Shown: positions 24,031-38,700 of the stretch, one piece after another | How the letters are laid out: the number at the start of each line of letters is the position of its first letter | Numbering within the stretch: the first letter of the stretch is position 1 | Source of the DNA: Eledone cirrhosa | Lineage: Eukaryota | Assembly (NCBI GenBank): GCA_964016885.1 | Contig: OZ024740.1 | Location: 197,532,001 to 197,596,000 of the forward strand | Direction of reading: 5' to 3' | DNA: 64,000 nucleotides | Notes under the pieces: generated by a model | Told to the model about the DNA's origin: nothing | The model's input: only the letters and a program-made list of their open reading frames with translations | The model's database searches: none | Position numbers and translations under genes: made by a program

Positions 24031-24278
24031 TAAGGAAAAAAGATGAAATCGAAAATGCAACTGGAGTTTTTTTTAAAAATATATTTATTTGGTTCCTTTA
24101 ACGGTTTCGCAGTTCTTGTGCTTTTCAAAAGTAGAATTGAGTTGGAGGGTTTGTGTTTTTTCTCACATCTCAGATGTGAGAAAAACCACAAACTGCGAAA
24201 CCGGTAAAGGAACCAAATAAATATATTTAAAAAAAAAAATACTCCAGTTTCATTTTCGATTTCATCTTTTTTCCTTAT
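24031..24278. mobile_element. Fold-back pLTR of the 11581-13690 PLE family, apex at 24171
   Basis: Outer arms 24031-24113 / 24191-24278 and inner TCTCACATCT-c-AGATGTGAGA; shares sequence with 13641-13690. Confidence 0.8.
24096..24131 (-). ncRNA. Minimal hammerhead motif with U3:A8 core
   Basis: Minus strand reads ctt-TTGAAAA-GCA-caagaac-TGC-GAAA-ccgt-TA-aag (ccgg in the other arm). Confidence 0.7.
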
Positions 24279-24659
24279 ACTTTCACTCGTGTAGGACACC
24301 TCGTTTTCTTTTATCATTTTGTAAAAAAACCTCACTTTCTAATATATATATATATAGGGAATGTAAAATCCAATTACTGTAGGTTCACCAGAGTGACCAT
24401 TCGATGTGTAGTTTCCAGTCATTATAGAGGTGTAGAACCTAGCAGAGTGTAATTATAATAATAATAATAAAAAGGACGATTTGTTATCTCTTCATTACGT
24501 TTATTGAGTAGTGACGCGCATTTTGCTATTGATCAGCTCAAAGTTCGATATGTATCGATCTAGCCCGCTGGAATCAAAGGCTCGTCGGACCTTTGTTTTG
24601 TCCTACACCATGTTGTTTTTTAGGACAGAACAAAGGAGAAACACAAAATAAAAACCCAG

Positions 24660-24700
24660 TCACTGAGAAGGTCACATAATGTGTGACGAAAGAGCTTTGA
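24660..24700 (+). ncRNA. Degenerate hammerhead-like motif
   Basis: CTGAGAA-gGTCAC-ataatgt-GTGAC-GAAA-gagc-TT; core position 8 is altered without compensation. Confidence 0.4.
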
Positions 24701-24883
24701 AAATATACAAACAACCAACCGGTTATCGAAACAAACAACAAGTCGGAAATTTATAATAAATATTGAAGTGAAAACCAACAGGCACGTGTGTTTTTATTGG
24801 CAGCATGGCCCTCCCAAATTATAACAATATCTGTTTCAACACACGTTTTCAGATAAGAAACCTTGCAAAAGAAATTAAAGTAC

Positions 24884-24884
<1 letters not shown>

Positions 24885-24980
<96 letters not shown>
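24885..24980. repeat. (CA)n(TA)n microsatellite
   Basis: Seen directly. Confidence 0.95.
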
Positions 24981-25429
24981 TTAAGACGCAGGAAGCTCAG
25001 GTGCAGAAAATAAAGACCCTAAGAGACGGGAAAAATGTTGTCAGCTATCGCTCTGAAGAATCCTCGTTCGTGTCTTCCAGATACCGGCTAGCTGCTCTAT
25101 CCACCTAGCCAAGGGACCAATGACAGCATTTTACCGTATAAATAAAGAGCTGAATCAAGCAGCTTTTGAAAATATAAACAAACGTCGTGTGTGAAGCTTG
25201 CATTTTTTAACTTACTTAGCACTCAGGAAATAAATTTATAAGCAATTACAGACAGTTCCTATAAAGTAGCTCATAAAAATCTTAGGGACTTTACCCAATT
25301 TTTATAAGCTATTTTATAGCAACTGACTGTAATTGCGGTTATTTTCTGTGCCTATTTAGAAAAGGCAGGTTTGTTTGAACAAAACACTGCTGTCCCTTAA
25401 TTGGGAGGAGACGAGAAAAGGCGCATATC

Positions 25430-25710
25430 CACAAATATATATAATCTTATTGCAGTTGACTGGTTATCCAATATGTTGTCGAAAGACAAATAAAGACAAA
25501 GATATCTCTACATCCGAATCTAGTGACATTTCCGCACACACAAATCATCATTAAAAAATATCGTCATGACAAATACAAAGGCATAGATAATTACATTGCA
25601 GCTACCAGCAAACCATAGACCGTACTATTGGTAACTTGCGGATCAAAGAAGCCACTAGAGTACAAAAACACATACCAACCATTAACAACTGTCACAAACT
25701 GATTGACATC
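25430..25710 (+). pseudogene. Highly decayed PLE GIY-YIG C-terminal fragment
   Basis: IGNLRIKEATRVQKHIPTINN at ~25627-25689 parallels LGNLRIKEALIIDKTQPPINN of the 4015-4623 ORF. Confidence 0.6.
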
Positions 25711-26739
25711 AAGTGGTTACGAGAGTCACGCCTACTAGCCAATGTGCATGACAATATTTGACTATAATTGCTGCTCAATTTCACGTTACTCAGCCACTGC
25801 ATTGATAGCCAACGGGATAAAATATACAGTCTCAGTTTCTGAACGTCAACGCAAATAATAATTTAATATCTGTCATACAGCCCCAACATGCCCAGCTCAA
25901 CAGTCATTTCTTTCTTTCTCCTTTCTACTCTATGTTATCTTGAAAAGGGTATTTTAAATGAAATAAAAAAACAATATTAAATAATTTTATCGGTAACAAT
26001 ACAATATCTTTGTTCTTGTTTTCATTGATGTTTAATCTTCCAACAGCATTGCTGCAGCCTTCTAACACACTTTTAAGAGTTACATCGTTATAGAAAATAA
26101 GAATCTCACGTTAGATATCATTCGCTTCGAGTTTACATATATACATGTGCGTTTTTAATACTCGTTGCCTTTGTAAAATATTTTGGCACCATCTTTTGTT
26201 TTTTGTCTGTGTTTGCGTGTGTTTCACTTAAGATTACACAGGACAAACAAACACAATATCAATGTATCGATATATTGACGCCATTATTGCTACATCCCTG
26301 TACGATTATATTTTGTTGCAAGTACACAAATTAATAATTATAAATGCAGTCAACATACATGTCTAGAAGCGATAACATGACTTAGTAAACGAATATCACA
26401 ACACCCTTATGCACACAGACACAAGAATACACACAAACACACGGCCAATAACTCACAAACACAAATACACAAAAGAATAAACACACAAGCACACACATAC
26501 ATACGCTAATAGATACGAACGCACATATACAGATGCACATATACAAATACACACGTACGAAAGTACACATCGATGTAGAGAAATCAATCGAACTTTCTTT
26601 GATATGTCGCTGTTGTCACTTAATTGATATTGATGGTCCCTATTAAAAAAAGCCAATGTTTGCATTATGAAAATTAATGTTGTGGTTGTTAATGTTGTGG
26701 CTGTAGCTGTTATTGCAGTTGTTATTGTTGTTATTAATA

Positions 26740-29700
26740 TTGTTGGTGATGTCATTATCATTGTGGTGGTAGTAGTTGTTACTGTTGTTGTTGTTGTTGT
26801 TGTTGATGTTATTATCATTGTGGTGGTAGTAGTTGTTATTGTTGTTGTTGTTGGTGATGTTATTATCATTGTGGTGGTAGTAGTTGTTACTGTTGTTGTT
26901 GTGATGTTATTATCATTGTGGTGGTAGTAGTTGTTACTGTTGTTGTTGTTGGTGATGTTGTTATTATCATTGTGGTGGTAGTAGTTGTTACTGTTGTTGT
27001 TGTTGGTGTTGTTATTATCATTTTGGTGGTAGTAGTTGTTACTGTTGTTGTTGTTGGTGATGTTGTTATTATCATTGTGGTGGTAGTAGTTGTTACTGTT
27101 GTTGTTGTTGGTGTTGTTATTATCATTTTGGTGGTAGTAGTTGTTACTGTTGTTGCTATTGGTGTTGTTATCATTGTGGTGGTAGTAGTTGTTACTGTTG
27201 TTGTTGGTGATGTAGTTATTATCATTGTGGTGGTAGTAGTTGTTATTGTTGTTGTTGTTGGTGATGTTATTATCATTGTGGTGGTAGTAGTTGTTACTGT
27301 TGTTGCTGTTGGCGTTGTTATTATCATTTTGGTGGTAGTAGTTGTTACTGTTGTTGTTGTTGGTGTTGTTATTATCATTGTGGTGGTAGCAGTTGTTACT
27401 GTTGTTGTTGTTGGTGATGTTATTATCATTGTGGTGTTAGTAGTTGTTATTGTTGTTGTTGTTGGTGATGTTATTATCATTGTGATGGTAGTAGTTGTTA
27501 CTGTTGTTGTTGGTGTTGATGTTATTATCATTGTGATGGTAGTAGTTGTTACTGTTGTTGTTGGTGTTGATGTTATTATCATTGTGGTGGTAGTAGTTGT
27601 TACTGTTGTTGTTGTTGGTGATGTTATTATCATTGTGGTGGTAGTAGTTGTTACTGTTGTTGTTGGTGTTGTTATTATCATTGTGGTGGTAGTAGTTGTT
27701 ACTGTTGTTGTTGTTGGTGTTGTTATTATCATTGTGGTGGTAGTAGTTGTTACTGTTGTTGTTGTTGTTGTTGGTGTTATTATCATTGTGGTGGTAGTAG
27801 TTGTTACTGTTGTTGTTGTTGGTGTTGTTATTATCATTGTGGTGGTAGTAGTTGTTACTGTTGTTGTTGTTGGTGTTGTTATTATCATTGTGGTGGTAGT
27901 AGTTGTTACTGTTGTTGTTGTTGTTGGTGATGTTATTATCATTTTGGTGGTAGTAGTTGTTACTGTTGTTGTTGTTGGTGTTGTTATTATCATTGTGGTG
28001 GTAGTAGTTGTTATTGTTGTTGTTGTTGGTGTTGTTATTATCATTGTGGTGGTAGTAGTTGTTACTGTTGTTGTTGTTGTTGGTGTTGTTATTATCATTG
28101 TGGTGGTAGTAGTTGTTATTGTTGTTGTTGTTGGTGTTGTTATTATCATTGTGGTAGTAGTAGTTGTTACTGTTGTTGTTGGTGTTGTTATCATCATTGT
28201 GGTGGTAGTAGTTGTTACTGTTGTTGTTGTTGGTGATGTTATTATCATTGTGGTGGTAGTAGTTGTTATTGTTGTTGTTGGTGTTGTTATTATCATTGTG
28301 GTGGTAGTAGTTGTTATTGTTGTTGTTGTTGGTGTTGTTATTATCATTGTGGTGGCAGTAGTTGTTATTGTTGTTGTTGTTGGTGTTGTTATTATCATTG
28401 TGGTGGTAGTAGTTGTTACTGTTGTTGTTGGTGTTGTTATTATCATTGTGGTGGTAGTAGTTGTTACTGTTGTTGTTGTTGGTGTTGTTATTATCATTGT
28501 GGTGGTAGTAGTTGTTACTGTTGTTGTTGTTGGTGTTGTTATTATCATTGTGGTGGTAGTAGTTGTTATTGTTGTTGTTGGTGTTGTTATTATCATTGTG
28601 GTGGTAGTAGTTGTTACTGTTGTTGTTGGTGTTGTTATTATCATTGCGGTGGTAGTAGTTGTTATTGTTGTTGTTGGTGTTGTTATTATCATTGTGGTGG
28701 TAGTAGTTGTTATTGTTGTTGTTGTTGGTGTTATTATCATTGTGGTGGTAGTAGTTGTTACTGTTGTCGTTGTTGGTGATGTTATTATCATTGTGGTGGT
28801 AGTAGTTGTTACTGTTGTTGTTGTTAGTGTTGTTATTATCATTGTGGTGGTAGTAGTTGTTATTGTTGTTGTTGGTGTTGTTATTATCATTGTGGTGGTA
28901 GTAGTTGTTACTGTTGTTGTTGGTGTTGTTATTATCATTGCGGTGGTAGTAGTTGTTATTGTTGTTGTTGGTGTTGTTATTATCATTGTGGTGGTAGTAG
29001 TTGTTATTGTTGTTGTTGTTGGTGTTATTATCATTGTGGTGGTAGTAGTTGTTACTGTTGTCGTTGTTGGTGATGTTATTATCATTGTGGTGGTAGTAGT
29101 TGTTACTGTTGTTGTTGTTGGTGTTGTTATTATCATTGTGGTGGTAGTAGTTGTTATTGTTGTTGTTGGTGTTGTTATTATCATTGTGGTGGTAGTAGTT
29201 GTTACTGTTGTTGTTGTTGGTGTTGTTATTGTCATTGTGGTGGTAGTAGTTGTTACTGTTGTTGTTGTTGTTGGTGATGTTATTATCATTGTGGTGGTAG
29301 TAGTTGTTATTGTTGTTGTTGTTGGTGTTGTTATTGTCATTGTGGTGGTAGTAGTTGTTACTGTTGTTGTTCTTGTTGTTGCTGTTGTTATTATCATTGT
29401 GGTGGTAGTAGTTGTTACTGTTGTTGTTGTTGGTGATGTTATTATCATTTTGGTGGTAGTAGTTGTTACTGTTGTTGTTGTTGGTGATGTTATTATCATT
29501 TTGGTGGTAGTAGTTGTTACTGTTGTTGTTGTTGGTGATGTTATTATCATTTTGGTGGTAGTAGTTGTTATTGTTGTTGTTGTTGGTGTTGTTATTGTCA
29601 TTGTGGTGGTAGTAGTTTTACTGTTGTTTTTGTTGTTGTTGGTGTTGTTATTGTCATTGTGGTGGTAGTAGTTGTTACTGTTGTTGTTGTTGTTGTTGGT

Positions 29701-32700
29701 GTTGTTATTATCATTGTGGTGGTAGTAGTTGTTATTGTTGTTGTTGTTGGTGTTGTTATTATCATTGTGGTGGTAGTAGTTGTTACTGTTGTTGTTGGTG
29801 TTGTTATTATCATTGTGGTGGTAGTAGTTGTTACTGTTGTTGTTGTTGGTGATGTTGTTATTATCATTGTGGTGGTAGTAGTTGTTACTGTTGTTGTTGT
29901 TGGTGTTGTTATTATCATTTTGGTGGTAGTAGTTGTTACTGTTGTTGTTGTTGGTGTTGTTATTATCATTTTGGTGGTAGTAGTTGTTACTGTTGTTGTT
30001 GTTGGTGATGTTGTTATTATCATTGTGGTGGTAGTAGTTGTTACTGTTGTTGTTGTTGGTGTTGTTATTATCATTTTGGTGGTAGTAGTTGTTACTGTTG
30101 TTGTTGTTGGTATTATTATTATCATTGTGGTGGTAGTAGTTGTTACTGTTGTTGTTGGTGATGTTGTTATTATCATTGTGGTGGTAGTAGTTGTTATTGT
30201 TGTTGTTGTTGGTGATGTTATTATCATTGTGGTGGTAGTAGTTGTTACTGTTGTTGCTGTTGGCGTTGTTATTATCATTTTGGTGGTAGTAGTTGTTACT
30301 GTTGTTGTTGTTGGTGTTGTTATTATCATTGTGGTGGTAGTAGTTGTTACTGTTGTTGTTGTTGGTGTTGTTATTATCATTGTGGTGGTAGTAGTTGTTA
30401 TTGTTGTTGTTGTTGGTGATGTTATTATCATTCTGGTCGTAGTAGTTGTTACTGTTGTTGTTGGTGATGTTATTATCATTGTGGTGGTAGTAGTTGTTAC
30501 TGTTGTTGCTGTTGGTGTTGTTATTATCATTGTGGTGGTAGTAGTTGTTACTGTTGTTGTTGGTGTTGTTATTATCATTGCGGTGGTAGTAGTTGTTACT
30601 GTTGTTGTTGGTGATGTTATTATCATTGTGGTGGTAGTAGTTGTTATTGTTGTTGTTGTTGGTGTTGTTATTATCATTGTGGTGGTAGTAGTTGTTATTG
30701 TTGTTGTTGGTGATGTTATTATCATTGTGGTGGTAGTAGTTGTTACTGTTGTTGTTGTTGGTGATGTTATTATCATTGTGGTGGTAGTAGTTGTTACTGT
30801 TGTTGTTGTTGGTGTTGTTATTATCATTGTGGTGGTAGTAGTTGTTACTGTTGTTGTTGTTGTTGTTGGTGTTATTATCATTGTGGTGGTAGTAGTTGTT
30901 ACTGTTGTTGTTGTTGGTGTTGTTATTATCATTGTGGTGGTAGTAGTTGTTACTGTTGTTGTTGTTGGTGTTGTTATTATTATTGTGGTGGTAGTAGTTG
31001 TTACTGTTGTTGTTGTTGTTGGTGATGTTATTATCATTGTGGTGGTAGTAGTTGTTACTGTTGTTGTTGTTGGTGTTGTTATTATCATTGTGGTGGTAGT
31101 AGTTGTTATTGTTGTTGTTGTTGGTGTTGTTATTATCATTGTGGTGGTAGTAGTTGTTACTGTTGTTGTTGTTGGTGTTGTTATTATCATTGTGGTGGTA
31201 GTAGTTGTTATTGTTGTTGTTGTTGGTGTTGTTATTATCATTGTGGTAGTAGTAGTTGTTACTGTTGTTGTTGGTGTTGTCATTATCATTGTGGTGGTAG
31301 TAGTTGTTACTGTTGTTGTTGTTGGTGATGTTATTATCATTGTGGTGGTAGTAGTTGTTATTGTTGTTGTTGGTGTTGTTATTATCATTGTGGTGGTAGT
31401 AGTTGTTATTGTTGTTGTTGTTGGTGTTGTTATTATCATTGTGGTGGCAGTAGTTGTTATTGTTGTTGTTGTTGGTGTTGTTATTATCATTGTGGTGGTA
31501 GTAGTTGTTACTGTTGTTGTTGGTGTTGTTATTATCATTGTGGTGGTAGTAGTTGTTATTGTTGTTGTTGGTGTTGTTATTATCATTGTGGTGGTAGTAG
31601 TTGTTACTGTTGTTGTTGGTGTTGTTATTTTCATTGCGGTGGTAGTAGTTGTTATTGTTGTTGTTGGTGTTGTTATTATCATTGTGGTGGTAGTAGTTGT
31701 TACTGTTGTTGTTGTTGGTGTTGTTATTATCATTGTGGTGGTAGTAGTTGTTACTGTTGTTGTTGTTGGTGTTGTTATTATCATTGTGGTGGTAGTAGTT
31801 GTTATTGTTGTTGTTGGTGTTGTTATTATCATTGTGGTGGTAGTAGTTGTTACTGTTGTTGTTGGTGTTGTTATTATCATTGCGGTGGTAGTAGTTGTTA
31901 TTGTTGTTGTTGGTGTTGTTATTATCATTGTGGTGGTAGTAGTTGTTACTGTTGTTGTTGTTGGTGTTGTTATTATCATTGTGGTGGTAGTAGTTGTTAC
32001 TGTTGTTGTTGTTGGTGTTGTTATTATCATTGTGGCGGTAGTAGTTGTTACTGTTGTTGTTGGTGTTGTTATTATCATTGTGGTGGTAGTAGTTGTTATT
32101 GTTGTTGTTGTTGGTGATGTTATTATCATTCTGTTCGTAGTAGTTGTTACTGTCGTTGTTGTTGGTGATGTTATTATCATTGTGGTGGTAGTAGTTGTTA
32201 CTGTTGTTGCTGTTGGTGTTGTTATTATCATTGTGGTGGTAGTAGTTGTTACTGTTGTTGTTGTTGGTGTTGTTATTATCATTGTGGTGGTAGTAGTTGT
32301 TACTGTTGTTGTTGTTGGTGTTGTTATTATCATTGTGGTGGTAGTAGTTGTTATTGTTGTTGTTGTTGGTGATGTTATTATCATTGTGGTGGTAGTAGTT
32401 GTTACTGTTGTTGTTGTTGGTGTTGTTATTATCATTGTGGTGGTAGTAGTTGTTATTGTTGTTGTTGTTGGTGATGTTATTATCATTGTGGTGGTAGTAG
32501 TTGTTACTGTTGTTGTTGTTGGTGATGTTATTATCATTGTGGTGGTAGTAGTTGTTATTGTTGTTGTTGTTGGTGTTGTTATTATCATTGTGGTGGTAGT
32601 AGTTGTTATTGTTGTTGTTGTTGGTGATGTTATTAACATTGTGGTGGTAGTAGTTGTTATTGTTGTTGTTGTTGGTGATGTTATTATCATTGTGGTGGTA

Positions 32701-35700
32701 GTAGTTGTTATTGTTGTTGTTGTTGGTGATGTTATTATCATTGTGGTGGTAGTAGTTGTTACTGTTGTTGTTGGTGTTGTTATTATCATTGTGGTGGTAG
32801 TAGTTGTTATTGTTGTTGTTGTTGGTGTTGTTATTATCATTGTGGTGGTAGTAGTTGTTACTGTTGTTGTTGGTGTTGTTATTATCATTGTGGTGGTAGT
32901 AGTTGTTACTGTTGTTGTTGGTGTTGTTATTATCATTGTGGTGGTAGTAGTTGTTACTGTTGTTGTTGGTGTTGTTATTATCATTGCGGTGGTAGTAGTT
33001 GTTACTGTTGTTGTTGGTGTTGTTATTATCATTGCGGTGGTAGTAGTTGTTACTGTTGTTGTTGGTGATGTTATTATCATTGTGGTGGTAGTAGTTGTTA
33101 CTGTTGTTGTTGTTGGTGTTGTTATTATCATTGCGGTGGTAGTAGTTGTTATTGTTGTTGTTGGTGTTGTTATTATCATTGTGGTGGTAGTAGTTGTTAC
33201 TGTTGTTGTAGTTGGTGTTGTTATTATCATTGTGGTGGTAGTAGTTGTTACTGTTGTTGTTGTTGGTGTTGTTATTATCATTGTGGTGGTAGTAGTTGTT
33301 ATTGTTGTTGTTGGTGTTGTTATTATCATTGTGGTGGTAGTAGTTGTTACTGTTGTTGTTGGTGTTGTTATTATCATTGTGGTGGTAGTAGTTGTTACTG
33401 TTGTTGTTGTTGGTGTTGTTATTATCATTGTGGTGGTAGTAGTTGTTACTGTTGTTGTTGTTGGTGTTGTTATTATCATTGTGGCGGTAGTAGTTGTTAC
33501 TGTTGTTGTTGGTGTTGTTATTATCATTGTGGTGGTAGTAGTTGTTATTGTTGTTGTTGTTGGTGATGTTATTATCATTCTGGTCGTAGTAGTTGTTACT
33601 GTCGTTGTTGTTGGTGATGTTATTATCATTGTGGTGGTAGTAGTTGTTACTGTTGTTGCTGTTGGTGTTGTTATTATCATTGTGGTGGTAGTAGTTGTTA
33701 CTGTTGTTGTTGTTGGTGTTGTTATTATCATTGTGGTGGTAGTAGTTGTTACTGTTGTTGTTGTTGGTGTTGTTATTATCATTGTGGTGGTAGTAGTTGT
33801 TATTGTTGTTGTTGTTGGTGATGTTATTATCATTGTGGTGGTAGTAGTTGTTACTGTTGTTGTTGTTGGTGATGTTATTATCATTGTGGTGGTAGTAGTT
33901 GTTATTGTTGTTGTTGTTGGTGTTGTTATTATCATTGTGGTGGTAGTAGTTGTTATTGTTGTTGTTGTTGGTGATGTTATTAACATTGTGGTGGTAGTAG
34001 TTGTTATTGTTGTTGTTGTTGGTGATGTTATTATCATTGTGGTGGTAGTAGTTGTTATTGTTGTTGTTGTTGGTGATGTTATTATCATTGTGGTGGTAGT
34101 AGTTGTTACTGTTGTTGTTGGTGTTGTCATTATCATTGTGGTGGTAGTAGTTGTTATTGTTGTTGTTGTTGGTGTTGTTATTATCATTGTGGTGGTAGTA
34201 GTTGTTACTGTTGTTGTTGGTGTTGTTATTATCATTGTGGTGGTAGTAGTTGTTACTGTTGTTGTTGGTGTTGTTATTATCATTGTGGTGGTAGTAGTTG
34301 TTACTGTTGTTGTTGGTGTTGTTATTATCATTGCGGTGGTAGTAGTTGTTACTGTTGTTGTTGGTGTTGTTATTATCATTGCGGTGGTAGTAGTTGTTAC
34401 TGTTGTTGTTGGTGATGTTATTATCATTGTGGTGGTAGTAGTTGTTACTGTTATTGTTGTTGGTGATGTGATTATCATTGTGGTGGTAGTAGTTGTTACT
34501 GTTGTTGTTGGTGTTGTTATTATCATTGTGGTGGTAGTAGTTGTTACTGTTGTTGTTGGTGTTGTTATTATCATTGTGGTGGTAGTAGTTGTTACTGTTG
34601 TTGTTGTTGTTGGTGTTATTATCATCATTGTGGTGGTAGTAGTTGCTACTGTTGTTGTTGTTGGTGTTGTTATTATCATTGTGGTGGTAGTAGTTGTTAT
34701 TGTTGTTGTTGGTGTTGTTATTATCATTGTGGTGGTAGTAGTTGTTACTGTTGTTGTTGGTGTTGTTATTATCATTGCGGTGGTAGTAGTTGTTACTGTT
34801 GTTGTTGGTGTTGTTATTATCATTGCGGTGGTAGTAGTTGTTACTGTTGTTGTTGGTGATGTTATTATCATTGTGGTGGTAGTAGTTGTTACTGTTATTG
34901 TTGTTGGTGATGTGATTATCATTGTGGTGGTAGTAGTTGTTACTGTTGTTGTTGGTGTTGTTATTATCATTGTGGTGGTAGTAGTTGTTACTGTTGTTGT
35001 TGGTGTTGTTATTATCATTGTGGTGGTAGTAGTTGCTACTGTTGTTGTTGTTGGTGTTGTTATTATCATTGTGGTGGTAGTAGTTGTTACTGTTGTTGTT
35101 GGTGATGTTGTTATTATCATTTTGGTGGTAGTAGTTGTTACTGTTGTTGCTATTGGTGTTGTTATCATTGTGGTGGTAGTAGTTGTTACTGTTGTTGTTG
35201 GTGATGTTGTTATTATCATTGTGGTGGTAGTAGTTGTTATTGTTGTTGTTGTTGGTGATGTTATTATCATTGTGGTGGTAGTAGTTGTTACTGTTGTTGC
35301 TGTTGGCGTTGTTATTATCATTTTGGTGGTAGTAGTTGTTACTGTTGTTGTTGTTGGTGTTGTTATTATCATCGTGGTGGTAGTAGTTGTTACTGTTGTT
35401 GTTGTTGGTGTTGTTATTATCATTGTGGTGGTAGTAGTTGTTATTGTTGTTGTTGTTGGTGATGTTATTATCATTCTGGTCGTAGTAGTTGTTACTGTTG
35501 TTGTTGGTGATGTTATTATCATTGTGGTGGTAGTAGTTGTTACTGTTGTTGCTGTTGGTGTTGTTATTATCATTGTGGTGGTAGTAGTTGTTACTGTTGT
35601 TGTTGCTGTTGTTATTATCATTGCGGTGGTAGTAGTTGTTACTGTTGTTGTTGGTGTTGTTATTATCATTGCGGTGGTAGTAGTTGTTACTGTTGTTGTT

Positions 35701-38700
35701 GGTGATGTTATTATCATTGTGGTGGTAGTAGTTGTTACTGTTATTGTTGTTGGTGATGTGATTATCATTGTGGTGGTAGTAGTTGTTACTGTTGTTGTTG
35801 GTGTTGTTATTATCATTGTGGTGGTAATAGTTGTTACTGTTGTTGTTGGTGTTGTTATTATCATTGTGGTGGTAGTAGTTGTTATTGTTGTTGTTGGTGT
35901 TGTTATTATCATTGCGGTGGTAGTAGTTGTTACTGTTGTTGTTGGTGATGTTATTATCATTGTGGTGGTAGTAGTTGTTACTGTTATTGTTGTTGGTGAT
36001 GTGATTATCATTGTGGTGGTAGTAGTTGTTACTGTTGTTGTTGGTGTTGTTATTATCATTGTGGTGGTAGTAGTTGTTACTGTTGTTGTTGGTGTTGTTA
36101 TTATCATTGTGGTGGTAGTAGTTGTTACTGTTGTTGTTGTTGTTGGTGTTATTATCATCATTGTGGTGGTAGTAGTTGCTACTGTTGTTGTTGTTGGTGT
36201 TGTTATTATCATTGTGGTGGTAGTAGTTGTTATTGTTGTTGTTGGTGTTGTTATTATCATTGTGGTGGTAGTAGTTGTTACTGTTGTTGTTGGTGTTGTT
36301 ATTATCATTGCGGTGGTAGTAGTTGTTACTGTTGTTGTTGGTGTTGTTATTATCATTGCGGTGGTAGTAGTTGTTACTGTTGTTGTTGGTGATGTTATTA
36401 TCATTGTGGTGGTAGTAGTTGTTACTGTTATTGTTGTTGGTGATGTGATTATCATTGTGGTGGTAGTAGTTGTTACTGTTGTTGTTGGTGTTGTTATTAT
36501 CATTGTGGTGGTAGTAGTTGTTACTGTTGTTGTTGGTGTTGTTATTATCATTGTGGTGGTAGTAGTTGCTACTGTTGTTGTTGTTGGTGTTGTTATTATC
36601 ATTGTGGTGGTAGTAGTTGTTACTGTTGTTGTTGGTGATGTTGTTATTATCATTTTGGTGGTAGTAGTTGTTACTGTTGTTGCTATTGGTGTTGTTATCA
36701 TTGTGGTGGTAGTAGTTGTTACTGTTGTTGTTGGTGATGTTGTTATTATCATTGTGGTGGTAGTAGTTGTTATTGTTGTTGTTGTTGGTGATGTTATTAT
36801 CATTGTGGTGGTAGTAGTTGTTACTGTTGTTGCTGTTGGCGTTGTTATTATCATTTTGGTGGTAGTAGTTGTTACTGTTGTTGTTGTTGGTGTTGTTATT
36901 ATCATCGTGGTGGTAGTAGTTGTTACTGTTGTTGTTGTTGGTGTTGTTATTATCATTGTGGTGGTAGTAGTTGTTATTGTTGTTGTTGTTGGTGATGTTA
37001 TTATCATTCTGGTCGTAGTAGTTGTTACTGTTGTTGTTGGTGATGTTATTATCATTGTGGTGGTAGTAGTTGTTACTGTTGTTGCTGTTGGTGTTGTTAT
37101 TATCATTGTGGTGGTAGTAGTTGTTACTGTTGTTGTTGCTGTTGTTATTATCATTGCGGTGGTAGTAGTTGTTACTGTTGTTGTTGGTGTTGTTATTATC
37201 ATTGCGGTGGTAGTAGTTGTTACTGTTGTTGTTGGTGATGTTATTATCATTGTGGTGGTAGTAGTTGTTACTGTTATTGTTGTTGGTGATGTGATTATCA
37301 TTGTGGTGGTAGTAGTTGTTACTGTTGTTGTTGGTGTTGTTATTATCATTGTGGTGGTAATAGTTGTTACTGTTGTTGTTGGTGTTGTTATTATCATTGT
37401 GGTGGTAGTAGTTGTTATTGTTGTTGTTGTTGGTGTTGTTATTATCATTGTGGTGGTAGTAGTTGTTATTGGTGTTGTTGGTGATGTTATTATCATTGTG
37501 GTGGTAGTAGTTGTTACTGTTGTTGTTGTTGGTGATGTTATTATCATTGTGGTGGTAGTAGTTGTTACTGTTGTTGTTGTTGGTGTTGTTATTATCATTG
37601 TGGTGGTAGTAGTTGTTACTGTTGTTGTTGTTGTTGTTGGTGTTATTATCATTGTGGTGGTAGTAGTTGTTACTGTTGTTGTTGTTGGTGTTGTTATTAT
37701 CATTGTGGTGGTAGTAGTTGTTACTGTTGTTGTTGTTGGTGTTGTTATTATCATTGTGGTGGTAGTAGTTGTTACTGTTGTTGTTGTTGTTGGTGATGTT
37801 ATTATCATTGTGGTGGTAGTAGTTGTTACTGTTGTTGTTGTTGGTGTTGTTATTATCATTGTGATGGTAGTAGTTGTTATTGTTGTTGTTGTTGGTGTTG
37901 TTATTATCATTGTGGTGGTAGTAGTTGTTACTGTTGTTGTTGTTGGTGTTGTTATTATAATTGTGGTGGTAGTAGTTGTTATTGTTGTTGTTGTTGGTGT
38001 TGTTATTATCATTGTGGTAGTAGTAGTTGTTACTGTTGTTGTTGGTGTTGTTATTATCATTGTGGTGGTAGTAGTTGTTACTGTTGTTGTTGTTGGTGAT
38101 GTTATTATCATTGTGGTGGTAGTAGTTGTTATTGTTGTTGTTGGTGTTGTTATTATCATTGTGGTGGTAGTAGTTGTTACTGTTGTTGTTGGTGATGTTG
38201 TTATTATCATTGTGGTGGTAGTAGTTGTTACTGTTGTTGTTGTTGGTGTTGTTATTATCATTTTGGTGGTAGTAGTTGTTACTGTTGTTGCTATTGGTGT
38301 TGTTATCATTGTGGTGGTAGTAGTTGTTACTGTTGTTGTTGGTGATGTTGTTATTATCATTGTGGTGGTAGTAGTTGTTATTGTTGTTGTTGTTGGTGAT
38401 GTTATTATCATTGTGGTGGTAGTAGTTGTTACTGTTGTTGCTGTTGGCGTTGTTATTATCATTTTGGTGGTAGTAGTTGTTACTGTTGTTGTTGTTGGTG
38501 TTGTTATTATCATCGTGGTGGTAGTAGTTGTTACTGTTGTTGTTGTTGGTGTTGTTATTATCATTGTGGTGGTAGTAGTTGTTATTGTTGTTGTTGTTGG
38601 TGATGTTATTATCATTCTGGTCGTAGTAGTTGTTACTGTTGTTGTTGGTGATGTTATTATCATTGTGGTGGTAGTAGTTGTTACTGTTGTTGCTGTTGGT

